Virus record (IMG/VR): IMGVR_UViG_3300045988_099276
Span: 32,001-96,000 of that record
Strand: one strand, 5' to 3'
Origin: a virus
DNA: 64,000 nucleotides
Part shown: positions 1-8,526 of the stretch, piece after piece
How the letters are laid out: the number at the start of each line of letters is the position of its first letter
Position numbering within the stretch: position 1 is the stretch's first letter
Position numbers and translations under genes: made by a program
The notes under the pieces: model-generated
Database searches by the model: none
The model's input: only the letters and a program-made list of their open reading frames with translations
Told to the model about the DNA's origin: nothing

Positions 1-72
1 GAGAATGTTAAGCTCTTTGATTTCATCGTTCAATTCGCCATTCAATTGAAATGGAATTGCCAATTTAATCAT
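1..72 (-). CDS. hypothetical protein (5' part only; gene runs off the window)
   Basis: ATG at 72 preceded by GAAAGGA SD; frame open to the window edge (MIKLAIPFQLNGELNDEIKELNIL...). Confidence 0.4.
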   Translation of the reverse strand, partial: MIKLAIPFQLNGELNDEIKELNIL

Positions 73-153
73 ATATCATCCTTTCATAATAACCTATTTT
101 ATATTATATAGCAAAAAAGGGCAATTGTCAAGAGACAATCACCCTAAAAATCA

Positions 154-369
154 TTAAAGATATGCGGCCAAACGATTCCACAACCATTGCGGCAAATCGG
201 AAGTCTCAACCTCATAAGAATCCAAGAGGTCATAGACAATATCGGCAGAAGCATGTCCGTCATATTCAGTTTCAATAGTCTGGATTACAGCATCTACCTT
301 CTGCTCCATCTCTTCCTCAGAAGCAAGAAGCACCATGGGATTGCCCACAGAATTGTCCATGTGCAGCAT
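154..369 (-). CDS. hypothetical acidic protein
   Basis: 71-aa ORF co-oriented with neighbours and tightly packed with the next gene. Confidence 0.5.
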   Translation of the reverse strand: MLHMDNSVGNPMVLLASEEEMEQKVDAVIQTIETEYDGHASADIVYDLLDSYEVETSDLPQWLWNRLAAYL

Positions 370-371
370 TG

Positions 372-554
372 TTAGTCCTCCATCAAAATGTCGGCAATCT
401 TATACATATCTGCGGAAATACGCTCTACGCGCACGCCGTAGATGTTGTGAATCATATCAATTGCACCATCAAGATAATACCCAGAAATATCATCATGATG
501 CTCAAGATAATAGTTTGCAAGGTGCAGAATAGCGGTATTATAAGAAGCCATCAT
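372..554 (-). CDS. hypothetical protein
   Basis: 60-aa ORF; SD AAGAGAGAGGA upstream; follows a consensus promoter. Confidence 0.5.
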   Translation of the reverse strand: MMASYNTAILHLANYYLEHHDDISGYYLDGAIDMIHNIYGVRVERISADMYKIADILMED

Positions 555-583
555 ATCTTTTCCTCTCTCTTGGCTATACCATA

Positions 584-613
584 ATTATAGCATATGATAT
601 AGCCAATCGTCAA
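584..613 (-). promoter_or_regulatory. sigma-A-like promoter (minus strand)
   Basis: TTGACG-18 nt-TGCTATAAT read on the minus strand. Confidence 0.55.
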
Positions 614-615
614 GA

Positions 616-1560
616 TTAATTTTCAAACCAGTTACGCAACTCGATTACCGAAGGGCAAGTTCCTCGACCTTGCTCGCGGCACTCTTCCACGAACTCAGGA
701 ATTGCATCCATAAGACGAGGTTCAAATGCCAGCTTGGTCTTGATGTTCTTGATAGTCTCAATATCGCGTCCAGTCCAAACCTGCTGCAAAACTCCACGAG
801 CCTGCTTCCAGTTCTTGTACCAAGGGGTCTTATATTTCACCATGAATCCGTCTGCATCCTCGAATACAAAGCCCTCGATGCTAGCACGTGCGGCCCACTT
901 GTCAATGAAGGCTTCAAACTCCTGCCAGTTAGCAATGACTTTGCTAAGAGCCTTGCAATAGAATCCAAAATGTCCAGCAACATCAATCAAAGTGTTATAC
1001 TCTGCATGGCTGTAGTCAAAATCATTGTACACCAAGTCCAGAAGCACAAGGTGAGGATATGAATACTCAACGATATGCGGGTCATGGATAGGGTCAATGC
1101 ACTCAAAGACAGCGGTGCAGTCGTTCTTGCGCAGATATTCCGCAAACTCTACCTGCTGCGCAGTGGTCAACGTCTTATCCAAAACATCACGGATATATCC
1201 TGCAAAGTCTCCCTCATTAGTGCTCTTGGATGCGATGAACAGCTTGCAGTCCTCGGTCGGGTCAGCAGAAATCATCGCAAGAAATCCGTTAGACTTGACA
1301 TATGCGCACACAGGGAAAACAAGGTTTTCGCGCAGGCTATCCATTTCAGTCTCAGGACGCTCACCGATGTTGAAGAACTTGTTGTACGAACGTGCAACAA
1401 CCTTATTGTCTTTCACAAAAAGTCCGCGTGCCTTTACGTTGATGGAGTCCCATGCTTGGTTGAAAAAGCACTTGTTTGAGAAATTAAAAGAAGAGATTCC
1501 ATTGGCAAGATGCTTCTCGCGCACGAGCGAGCTATTACGCAGCATATCGACTTCGTTCAT
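616..1560 (-). CDS. ATP-dependent RNA/polynucleotide ligase-like nucleotidyltransferase
   Basis: 314 aa; putative motif I KSNGF (KxNG) after ...PVCAYV; downstream EGFVFED and KYK motifs resemble ligase motifs IV/V. Family assignment rests on motifs only. Confidence 0.55.
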   Translation of the reverse strand: MNEVDMLRNSSLVREKHLANGISSFNFSNKCFFNQAWDSINVKARGLFVKDNKVVARSYNKFFNIGERPETEMDSLRENLVFPVCAYVKSNGFLAMISADPTEDCKLFIASKSTNEGDFAGYIRDVLDKTLTTAQQVEFAEYLRKNDCTAVFECIDPIHDPHIVEYSYPHLVLLDLVYNDFDYSHAEYNTLIDVAGHFGFYCKALSKVIANWQEFEAFIDKWAARASIEGFVFEDADGFMVKYKTPWYKNWKQARGVLQQVWTGRDIETIKNIKTKLAFEPRLMDAIPEFVEECREQGRGTCPSVIELRNWFEN

Positions 1561-1588
1561 TTATCTTCCTCTCTCTTGGTTTAATAAT

Positions 1589-1617
1589 ATTATATCATAT
1601 ATATAACTGTGCGGCAA
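1589..1617 (-). promoter_or_regulatory. sigma-A-like promoter (minus strand)
   Basis: TTGCCG-17 nt-TGATATAAT on the minus strand, directly after a terminator hairpin. Confidence 0.5.
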
Positions 1618-1630
1618 ATATTTTTTTCTA

Positions 1631-1660
1631 TAAAAAAAGGGAGAGGACTAGTCCTCTCCC
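1631..1660 (-). terminator. Rho-independent terminator
   Basis: GGGAGAGGAC/GTCCTCTCCC 10-bp stem followed by a T7 run on the minus strand. Confidence 0.7.
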
Positions 1661-1836
1661 TTTGTAGCATTTTCTTCAAATTCCATGCGCTCTAACTTTT
1701 CCTTACGTTTTGCTTTATAAGTATCGTCTTTGCGCTGACGAATTAGCTTTGCTTTGTGGGAAAACTTCTCAAAAGTATCATCATCGCTATACTCAAGTTC
1801 GTCCCAGTCACGAATTTTCACAATAAATCCTTTCAA
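1648..1836 (-). CDS. hypothetical basic protein
   Basis: 62-aa Lys/Arg/Glu-rich ORF that ends inside the terminator stem. Confidence 0.45.
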   Translation of the reverse strand: MKGFIVKIRDWDELEYSDDDTFEKFSHKAKLIRQRKDDTYKAKRKEKLERMEFEENATKGED

Positions 1837-1873
1837 AGAAAAATGCTGTCTAATATAAGTCTGACAATCTGTC

Positions 1874-1950
1874 TGGTGGGCTATACAGAACTTGAATCTG
1901 TAACCTAAAGATTAGAAGTCTTTTGCTCTGTCCATTTGAGCTAATAGCCC
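1874..1950 (-). tRNA. tRNA-Arg (anticodon UCU), CCA encoded
   Basis: Minus strand reads GGGCTAT-TA-GCTC-AAATGGAC-AGAGC-A-AAAGA-CTTCTAA-TCTTT-AGGTT-ACAGA-TTCAAGT-TCTGT-ATAGCCC-A-CCA. This folds as a canonical cloverleaf with a 7-bp acceptor stem and a TTCAAGT T-loop. Confidence 0.9.
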
Positions 1951-1975
1951 GTCAAACAGATTGTCTAGGACTTGT

Positions 1976-2266
1976 CTAATAAGTGATGATATAAACCTTG
2001 CGGCTAGTGTCGTGATAAATCTGAGTGGCTTTTGTCAAATTGTCATGTAAGATAGCGTTGCCAACAATCTTCTTAGCTTCATCGTCGCCATATACACGAA
2101 TAAAATGCGGAACAATTGCGTCATATACATCACGCTCAGGATAACGCTTACCATTTACAAAATCTACAATTGTTGTATATTGCTCGCACCATACAAAAGT
2201 AAAGTTTGGATTGAGCTTTGTAATATATAAATTCATTTCCTTGTCAGGAATAATAATACAATTCAT
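1976..2266 (-). CDS. hypothetical protein
   Basis: 96-aa ORF; its start overlaps the upstream stop (TAATG). Confidence 0.5.
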   Translation of the reverse strand: MNCIIIPDKEMNLYITKLNPNFTFVWCEQYTTIVDFVNGKRYPERDVYDAIVPHFIRVYGDDEAKKIVGNAILHDNLTKATQIYHDTSRKVYIITY

Positions 2267-2346
2267 TATTTAAATCGCTTTCCATAGTAATATGCGTATA
2301 CAGAAAAAAGAAAAATAGAAACAATTCCTATAATTACAATAAACAT
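2266..2346 (-). CDS. small hydrophobic peptide (26 aa)
   Basis: AAGGTGA SD then ATG; MFIVIIGIVSIFLFSVYAYYYGKRFK; stop overlaps the next ATG. Confidence 0.35.
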   Translation of the reverse strand: MFIVIIGIVSIFLFSVYAYYYGKRFK

Positions 2347-2355
2347 GTTATCACC

Positions 2356-2799
2356 TTAGTAAAGTTCTTGAAAAGCAAGACCATTGTCATCAGTATAATA
2401 GATATGGCGAATTCCTTTGTCTCTCAAAGCGTTAAGACATGCGGCACAAGGAAAACTTCTGCCCATGAGAAGCGGCTTACCGGGTGAAATACGATAAATA
2501 TAGATGTTTGCCTTGCTATAATTGATATTTATATCAATGCACTTTGGAATGTTTAGCAAACAATCCATTTCAGCGTGCAAATAATCATGGATAGGCTTTC
2601 CATTATACCTAAAAGTCCTATATTTGCGATTATACTTTTTCTGCAAAGGATTAGTCTTGCGACTATTATGACCAGTAGCAAGAACACGTCCCTTATATGA
2701 GATTACTGCCCCGAGTTTGAAAGGTTCATATGTAGATTCAAGTGCCGCCTTTCGCGCCAAATCAAACATCTTCATATCATGCTTACTAAACTCAGCCAT
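2356..2799 (-). CDS. dCMP (deoxycytidylate) deaminase
   Basis: Zinc motifs HAEMDCL and PCAACLNAL (HAE...PCxxC) in a 147-aa protein. Confidence 0.85.
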   Translation of the reverse strand: MAEFSKHDMKMFDLARKAALESTYEPFKLGAVISYKGRVLATGHNSRKTNPLQKKYNRKYRTFRYNGKPIHDYLHAEMDCLLNIPKCIDININYSKANIYIYRISPGKPLLMGRSFPCAACLNALRDKGIRHIYYTDDNGLAFQELY

Positions 2800-2830
2800 T
2801 TATTAAATCCTTTCACATCTTATATTATAT

Positions 2831-2859
2831 ATAATATCATAAGATGTATCCAGCGTCAA
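2831..2859 (-). promoter_or_regulatory. sigma-A-like promoter (minus strand)
   Basis: TTGACG-17 nt-TGATATTAT on the minus strand. Confidence 0.5.
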
Positions 2860-2864
2860 GAACT

Positions 2865-3077
2865 TTATTTCACCAAAGTAAAATTAGGATGATAACCAAT
2901 CGACTTGCCGCATAGTGTAAGCAAGTTTACACAATTAGAGATAATACGCTCATACTCTTTAGTGCTCTTGGCATTCTCCAATAGAGAGATAGAAGCGGCC
3001 ATAGAAGTTTTTGCAAACTCTACAGGGCTTAACTCAATATAGATTTTTGCTTCTGGTGATAAATCATTCCAATTCAT
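2865..3077 (-). CDS. hypothetical protein
   Basis: 70-aa ORF with SD AAGAAAGGATG upstream. Confidence 0.5.
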   Translation of the reverse strand: MNWNDLSPEAKIYIELSPVEFAKTSMAASISLLENAKSTKEYERIISNCVNLLTLCGKSIGYHPNFTLVK

Positions 3078-3106
3078 ATGACCGCATCCTTTCTTAAACT
3101 AAATAT

Positions 3107-3135
3107 ATTATAGAATAAAATAATTCAAAAGTCAA
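3107..3135 (-). promoter_or_regulatory. sigma-A-like promoter (minus strand)
   Basis: TTGACT-17 nt-TATAAT on the minus strand. Confidence 0.5.
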
Positions 3136-3138
3136 TAA

Positions 3139-4113
3139 TTATTTTTCATCGTATGCGGCAAAAGCATTTAACATTTTAGTGATAAGAGCGTGCCTTACAA
3201 CATCTGCTTCTGTCATGCGGATAACGCCAATACCAGATACATCTTTCAGACTATTGGCAAGATATTCAAGACCGCTTTCGCCTTTGGAATCTTGCTGAAC
3301 CAAATCGCCGCATAGAACAATCTTAGAATCTTCGCCTAGACGTGTGACTGCGAGCTTTCCTAGAATAGGATTCATGTTCTCTGCTTCATCCACGAGAAGA
3401 AAAGTCTTATATAATGAGCATCCGCGCATATATCCTAGCGGCAGCATTTTAATTTTACCTTTTTCAATATATGAATCAAGTTTCTCACGACCGAGGACTC
3501 GTTCAAATACATCCATCATAGGAAGTGCATATAGTGAAAACTTTTCATCGGCAGTTCCGGGAAGTGCTCCTAAATCAGCTTCACCTTTAGCTGAAACCAT
3601 TGGACGAGAAATGACAATTGTATCTACATTCTTGCTAATCAGCTGAGATAAGGCATAACATACAGCTGTGTAGGTCTTCGAGGTCCCGGCTGCCCCGATA
3701 CAAATAGTGATAGCATTGTGTCTCATACTATTAAGGTATTCAAGTTGACCTTCTGTGCGTACTTTGATTTCTTTCTTGCCATATTTTAGAATCGTAGTAG
3801 AAGAATCAGAGTTATCAAAGATGCCGCCATCTGCACTCTGCTTAGCAAGAAGTCGCACTTCATCTGTGCTGATTTCGTCTTTTGAACATGCAATTTCAAT
3901 CAGCTTTTCAAATACCTCTTGGGCTTGATATACAGATTTCTCTTTGCCAAAAATTACAATATTATTTTCTTCCTTAGAACGTCCAAGATTAACACGCAGC
4001 GTATCGTCAATTTGCTCTTTAATGGCTTTTACATATTTATCAGATGGGCCTAATACATTGACTGCATCAATACCACGAGGAATAGATACACTAGCTTGAA
4101 CACTGTTATTCAA
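3139..4113 (-). CDS. phoH: PhoH-like ATPase
   Basis: Walker A GAAGTSKT and Walker B LLVDEAEN; length and C-terminal region typical of PhoH. Confidence 0.88.
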   Translation of the reverse strand: MNNSVQASVSIPRGIDAVNVLGPSDKYVKAIKEQIDDTLRVNLGRSKEENNIVIFGKEKSVYQAQEVFEKLIEIACSKDEISTDEVRLLAKQSADGGIFDNSDSSTTILKYGKKEIKVRTEGQLEYLNSMRHNAITICIGAAGTSKTYTAVCYALSQLISKNVDTIVISRPMVSAKGEADLGALPGTADEKFSLYALPMMDVFERVLGREKLDSYIEKGKIKMLPLGYMRGCSLYKTFLLVDEAENMNPILGKLAVTRLGEDSKIVLCGDLVQQDSKGESGLEYLANSLKDVSGIGVIRMTEADVVRHALITKMLNAFAAYDEK

Positions 4114-4126
4114 TAAAATCCCACCT

Positions 4127-4720
4127 TTAATCTAATACTAGTTCCGTATTCTTCTTATATCGCTCATAATCCTCTTGCGGCACATCGAAGACAGTTAAGA
4201 TACCAGTTTTAATATATACTCCACCCATATTTCCATCACGTTTGATGCGGCTAAGAAGGTCTTTCCAACCTTCCTCAATTACTTCAACGCGCTGCTGGTC
4301 TGGCTTGACGATACAGGCAGATGAATATTTACATCCTTCGTCTCCAGTTGTTTCAGCACTCATATAGAGATATTGTGGAGTCTTGCTAATATCTTCTTTG
4401 TACGAACGATAGATAGAAACCATGTTATCCATGAGGTTGCCAAGGACATAGATTTGAAGCACAGGCCGCACATGCTTGTAATCACAGATAACAGTTGAAA
4501 GCCAGTCGTTCAAAGACATGTCCTCGCACTTAAACTCTGCACCAAAATCGTCCATCAACATAATTTCAAAGTCAAGTTCTACTTCATCATCTTCGATGTT
4601 AAAGTCAATAGCTTGAGAGATATAATAGTCAATTTCATCATACGAGATTAGATTGTCGAACTGTCCATAGAAAGTATATGGAACGTTATTTACAGTAGTT
4701 TTAATTTTGCAATAGCGCAT
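4127..4720 (-). CDS. hypothetical protein
   Basis: 197-aa ORF tightly coupled to its neighbours. Confidence 0.55.
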   Translation of the reverse strand: MRYCKIKTTVNNVPYTFYGQFDNLISYDEIDYYISQAIDFNIEDDEVELDFEIMLMDDFGAEFKCEDMSLNDWLSTVICDYKHVRPVLQIYVLGNLMDNMVSIYRSYKEDISKTPQYLYMSAETTGDEGCKYSSACIVKPDQQRVEVIEEGWKDLLSRIKRDGNMGGVYIKTGILTVFDVPQEDYERYKKNTELVLD

Positions 4721-4721
4721 A

Positions 4722-5312
4722 TTAACCTTTCATCCTATAACGTCGAGAGTATTCCATCATACAACATGCGGCCGCTTGTGCAACATTTAATGAACGAATG
4801 CTGCCATCTTGACGAATATAAATCATTTCATCACACTTGTCAATAATTTCCTGCGGCAAACCATCGCACTCACTGCCATAGACAAACGCTGACTTCATCG
4901 GAATGTCTGCATCGAAAATACTCTTAGGATTATATTCAGGAATATTATCTACAGCAAAGATACTATATCCAAGAGGATGAAGAATCTCAAGGACTTCATC
5001 AAAATTATCCGCATGATATACACGCTCTACATGAGTGCTACCCACAGCTCCCCTTCTATCAAAGCGCTTGCGGCCAACGACATAAGTTTCCTTTGCAAGA
5101 AAACAATTAGATGCACGGATGATTGAACCTACATTGAAACCGTGGTCGAGATTGATACAGATATTCACTAGCGGCATACGGTTAGGTTGAAGTGCCGCAC
5201 GAATTTCCTCAGCAGACCACTTCTTATAAATGTCAATTACATTGTTACTTGGCTTTGCTTCGGTATTGATACCATGCGAATATTGAGTAATCATAATATC
5301 CTTTACATACAA
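4722..5312 (-). CDS. SpoU/TrmH-family (SPOUT) RNA 2'-O-methyltransferase
   Basis: Motifs NLDHGFNVGSIIRASN, VYGSECDGLP and IRQDGSIRSLNVAQAAA match the three SpoU motifs. Confidence 0.8.
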   Translation of the reverse strand: MYVKDIMITQYSHGINTEAKPSNNVIDIYKKWSAEEIRAALQPNRMPLVNICINLDHGFNVGSIIRASNCFLAKETYVVGRKRFDRRGAVGSTHVERVYHADNFDEVLEILHPLGYSIFAVDNIPEYNPKSIFDADIPMKSAFVYGSECDGLPQEIIDKCDEMIYIRQDGSIRSLNVAQAAACCMMEYSRRYRMKG

Positions 5313-5542
5313 ATAAAGATAGTGAACATTAAATAACCATAATTCCTTTCTGTCTTAATACCAAAGTTAACTACTTCTGCCTGTAAGATTTCCTGGTGTT
5401 TTTCCGTGAGCCAATCCTTTAAATAAATTGACCCTGTTTTCAGTTCTGGAACATCATACAGCGCAAACTCAACATATACATTTTCTTTTAGTTCGTCTGT
5501 CATAGACGATAATAGACTATTTACATCCATATTACCACTCAA
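5303..5542 (-). CDS. hypothetical protein
   Basis: 79-aa ORF; the alternative start at 5530 (MDVNSLL) sits just after the upstream stop. Confidence 0.45.
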   Translation of the reverse strand: MSGNMDVNSLLSSMTDELKENVYVEFALYDVPELKTGSIYLKDWLTEKHQEILQAEVVNFGIKTERNYGYLMFTIFICM

Positions 5543-5720
5543 TCAATGAAAGCTGGTCAGTAAGGCGCTGGGACAGTTCATCATCTTCAATATAGAAAAT
5601 ATCTTCATTATCATTTACAAGATAGTTAGAGATAATCTGTCCAAAACGCTGGTCAGGATATTGCTCCCATAGGTCTTGGAATTTTACAAGAATATCATAG
5701 ATTCGATTTACATCACGCAT
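5532..5720 (-). CDS. hypothetical protein
   Basis: 62-aa ORF, co-oriented. Confidence 0.45.
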   Translation of the reverse strand: MRDVNRIYDILVKFQDLWEQYPDQRFGQIISNYLVNDNEDIFYIEDDELSQRLTDQLSLIEW

Positions 5721-5730
5721 AATACAATCC

Positions 5731-5865
5731 CTAAGCTAGAATCTGAATCATATCAAGAAATGCCTTATAGATTTCAAAACGAAACTTCTCAAATCGTGCG
5801 GCAAATGCAACATATGAATAGCCGCATACAAAAAGTACATATAGTACAAATAGACAATCTGCCAT
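5731..5865 (-). CDS. small membrane protein (44 aa)
   Basis: GGGAG SD then ATG; MADCLFVLYVLFVCGYSYVAFAARFEKF...; too short for the ORF track. Confidence 0.35.
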   Translation of the reverse strand: MADCLFVLYVLFVCGYSYVAFAARFEKFRFEIYKAFLDMIQILA

Positions 5866-5938
5866 TACTACTCCCTAGAATTAAACATTAGACATGCTAC
5901 AGTATATCCGAAAAAGAAACCAATAGCAAAACAAATCA

Positions 5939-6121
5939 TTATTTCTTCTTCCAAATATTATCACATGTGTACGGAACGTTGTCAATATTTTTCTGTTGCG
6001 GACTTGCATTTGCGCGAATTTTTCTAGTCTCTAGCGCTATATACTCCATATAGCATTTTCCAGCAATTGCCGCAATCACAAGAACAGTGATGCAAATAAC
6101 TGTAACAGACCCAATATCCAT
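5939..6121 (-). CDS. small membrane protein
   Basis: 60 aa with an N-terminal TM helix (GSVTVICITVLVIAAIAG). Confidence 0.5.
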   Translation of the reverse strand: MDIGSVTVICITVLVIAAIAGKCYMEYIALETRKIRANASPQQKNIDNVPYTCDNIWKKK

Positions 6122-6154
6122 TATTCTTCTTTCTCTTGGATTTTATTTAAATCT

Positions 6155-6183
6155 ATTATATAGCAAAAAAGTCCCAAAGTCAA
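6155..6183 (-). promoter_or_regulatory. sigma-A-like promoter (minus strand), -35 inside a terminator hairpin
   Basis: TTGACT-17 nt-TATAAT on the minus strand. Confidence 0.5.
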
Positions 6184-6198
6184 TAGAAACTTTGGGAC
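6165..6198 (-). terminator. Rho-independent terminator
   Basis: GTCCCAAAG/CTTTGGGAC stem followed by T6 on the minus strand, after the SPFH gene. Confidence 0.65.
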
Positions 6199-6207
6199 TG
6201 ATTTATA

Positions 6208-7140
6208 TTATTTTGTATTTACTACTGGTGTTGACCCTTGCGGCACAACTACAGTGTTGCCATTCTTTGACATTTCCTTTAGAGCATCAATGTACTCTTG
6301 GGTTAGAACATTATCAGTCAGAGATTCATTGAGAACACGGTTTGCTTCTGCTTCTTTAGTGGCTTCAATAACCTTAGTTTCACCCTTAATCTTTGCAGTC
6401 TCCTGCTGGTTCTGAGCCTTAGCTTTCTCTACTTCTGCGGCCTGAGAATCAGCATACGCATCAGTAATAGACTTGGCATAAGAAATATCCTGAACGCTTA
6501 CCTGCTCAACAGTAAGACCAATCTTAGACCACTTCTTTTCAAGAGCCTTTTGGACAGCCTTTGTATACTGCGCACGGTCAGTTAGCATTGTAATGGTATC
6601 GAATTGACCAGAAACTTCACGTGCAACAGAACGTAGGTCATTAGCTGCGTAATTCTTGGTGAAATTCTCTTGTGTACCGTATTCAGTATAAAGATACTCG
6701 GCAGTCTTTGGATCAAGACTATAATTAACAGAAACATCGAGCGAAGCTTTAGAGCCGCTATGGTCGTTGATTGTAACTGCTGGACCTTCGGCAGAACCAC
6801 CATCATAAGAATATTCTGTGTCTTTACCGTAAAAGTTGATTAGGTTATTGCGCGTATCAAATGTAATTACATCGTTCCAAGGTGCGGTAAAATGAAAGCC
6901 TGCATCTGTAGTAGACCCAGCTAGATTACCGCCAATAGAACGAAGAACAACTACCTCACCTACGTCTTGAGAATAAATGCTGCTAAGACCAATAGCTACT
7001 AGACCAAGTACGATAACTACAGCTCGTAGTCCTAGAGGAACACGCTCTTCGTGTTTATTTTCTTTGAAGAAAGATAGACATGCGGCAATTCCACCAATTG
7101 TAATGATAATACCGATAATAAAAATAAGAATTTTAAACAT
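6208..7140 (-). CDS. SPFH/band-7 (prohibitin/HflK-C-like) membrane protein
   Basis: N-terminal TM helix; band-7-like core (VVVLRSIGG...FHFTAPW...); Ala/Glu/Lys-rich coiled coil (AYADSQAAEVEKAKAQNQQETAKIK). Confidence 0.8.
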   Translation of the reverse strand: MFKILIFIIGIIITIGGIAACLSFFKENKHEERVPLGLRAVVIVLGLVAIGLSSIYSQDVGEVVVLRSIGGNLAGSTTDAGFHFTAPWNDVITFDTRNNLINFYGKDTEYSYDGGSAEGPAVTINDHSGSKASLDVSVNYSLDPKTAEYLYTEYGTQENFTKNYAANDLRSVAREVSGQFDTITMLTDRAQYTKAVQKALEKKWSKIGLTVEQVSVQDISYAKSITDAYADSQAAEVEKAKAQNQQETAKIKGETKVIEATKEAEANRVLNESLTDNVLTQEYIDALKEMSKNGNTVVVPQGSTPVVNTK

Positions 7141-7182
7141 TATAACCTTTCATCGTAGTTGATTTCAATATTCAATTGTAAA

Positions 7183-7695
7183 TTAAATTGCTTTTAGTTG
7201 GTCAATGATTGGCAAGATTTGCATATTGCTTGTGCCGATAGCGTAGTTTTGCTGCTCTGAAATAAATACAATTTTGTCAAAAGGTTCATCATCTTGCGGT
7301 GAGACTTTGTACATATACATTTCATCAATTTCTTTTTCGCTGATACGGTGGTATTTATCACGATTCTTATTGCGTTCAACTGCTACATTTTTTGGAGTCT
7401 CTACCCAAACACAAACAATTTCGCAACCATTGCAATTTACATTGTTGAAAAACTTATCGCGCTCTTCACGATTGATATTGCGGTCATTAGCCACAACATA
7501 GCGATGTGATTTCAAAGCAATATTTACTGCACCATAGAAACGCTTGTCAACTGTATCAGCATTTTCTGAATTATACATGCGGCAATTATCTCTCTTGATT
7601 GTCATACAGTCTTCATGTGAATCTTGAATTGCCTTTGCAAATACAGACTTGCCGCTCTGTGTTACGCCGCACATTAAAATTAGCGTATGCTTCAT
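7183..7695 (-). CDS. P-loop kinase, polynucleotide-kinase-like
   Basis: MKHTLILMCGVTQSGKS Walker A at the extreme N-terminus, followed by KRDNCR. The layout resembles the T4 Pnk kinase domain. Confidence 0.6.
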   Translation of the reverse strand: MKHTLILMCGVTQSGKSVFAKAIQDSHEDCMTIKRDNCRMYNSENADTVDKRFYGAVNIALKSHRYVVANDRNINREERDKFFNNVNCNGCEIVCVWVETPKNVAVERNKNRDKYHRISEKEIDEMYMYKVSPQDDEPFDKIVFISEQQNYAIGTSNMQILPIIDQLKAI

Positions 7696-7701
7696 TTTAG
7701 C

Positions 7702-8085
7702 CTACCAATAGATAGAATACTTACTAATAGTAATATCAATGCGGTCAATTCCGGCACGGAAAAACGTAGCTTGGTAATTTGAAATACATACTACCTTATA
7801 TCCAAGAGATTCTTCAATTGCAGCAAAGACTTCTTTCTGCTGGTAGGTAAAGTCCTTTTCGTTTGCTTGAACGATTTTACCACTTTGAATAATTTCATCA
7901 TAAAAATCAGACTCATGCGGGAAGAAGTCTACACTATTCTTACCATCATTGGCGGCGGCTTCAATAGCTTCCATTACAACTGTAAAATAGTCATATGTTT
8001 GAGCTTTATTGAACCGCTCTTCCCTTTTCTTCTTTAGAGCGACATAACGCATGTCACGTGCTTTTTCTGCTGTAATTGGTTCCAT
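7702..8085 (-). CDS. hypothetical protein
   Basis: 127-aa ORF; first gene of the leftward block. Confidence 0.55.
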   Translation of the reverse strand: MEPITAEKARDMRYVALKKKREERFNKAQTYDYFTVVMEAIEAAANDGKNSVDFFPHESDFYDEIIQSGKIVQANEKDFTYQQKEVFAAIEESLGYKVVCISNYQATFFRAGIDRIDITISKYSIYW

Positions 8086-8115
8086 GTAATATCCTTTCTT
8101 TTATGCGTTGGCTAT

Positions 8116-8145
8116 ATTATAAACTATAGCTATAGCGCCTGTCAA
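8116..8145 (-). promoter_or_regulatory. sigma-A-like promoter for the leftward block
   Basis: TTGACA-18 nt-TATAAT on the minus strand. Confidence 0.55.
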
Positions 8146-8181
8146 TACTTTTTTAGAAAGAATTTTAATTAAAAATTGTTC

Positions 8182-8210
8182 TTGACAAAAGATTTGAAAA
8201 TCATTATACT
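8182..8210 (+). promoter_or_regulatory. sigma-A-like promoter
   Basis: TTGACA-17 nt-TATACT. Confidence 0.5.
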
Positions 8211-8497
8211 TTTAACTGGGTTGTTAAGGGGTTTACCCCTTAAATATATATAATATAATTTATATTAGTTTATAATGTAATTAAATTAGTTTATATTAGT
8301 TTATATGTATATATTGATTTTTATATATATAAGAGATATTATATAATTGTTTTATATATAAGATTTTATTATAAAGAAATTCCTGTGCTACGCACAGTAA
8401 TTTCTATTAAAAGAAGAGAAAAAGGATTAAAGAAAAATAAACTACTTTGCTACGCAAAGTAGTAAAAAGAAACAGGAAAAAGAGAAGAAAAAAGTTC

Positions 8498-8526
8498 TTG
8501 CGTGTTGCCAAAAATTTGTGTATAAT
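8498..8526 (+). promoter_or_regulatory. sigma-A-like promoter with extended -10
   Basis: TTGCGT-17 nt-(TGTG)TATAAT. Confidence 0.55.

Noticed and set aside
8260-8310. Short direct repeats (ATTAGTTTATA) considered as a CRISPR-like array
   Set aside because: The repeats are only ~11 nt, irregularly spaced by a few nt, AT-only, and have no spacer structure. They are more consistent with iterons or low complexity.
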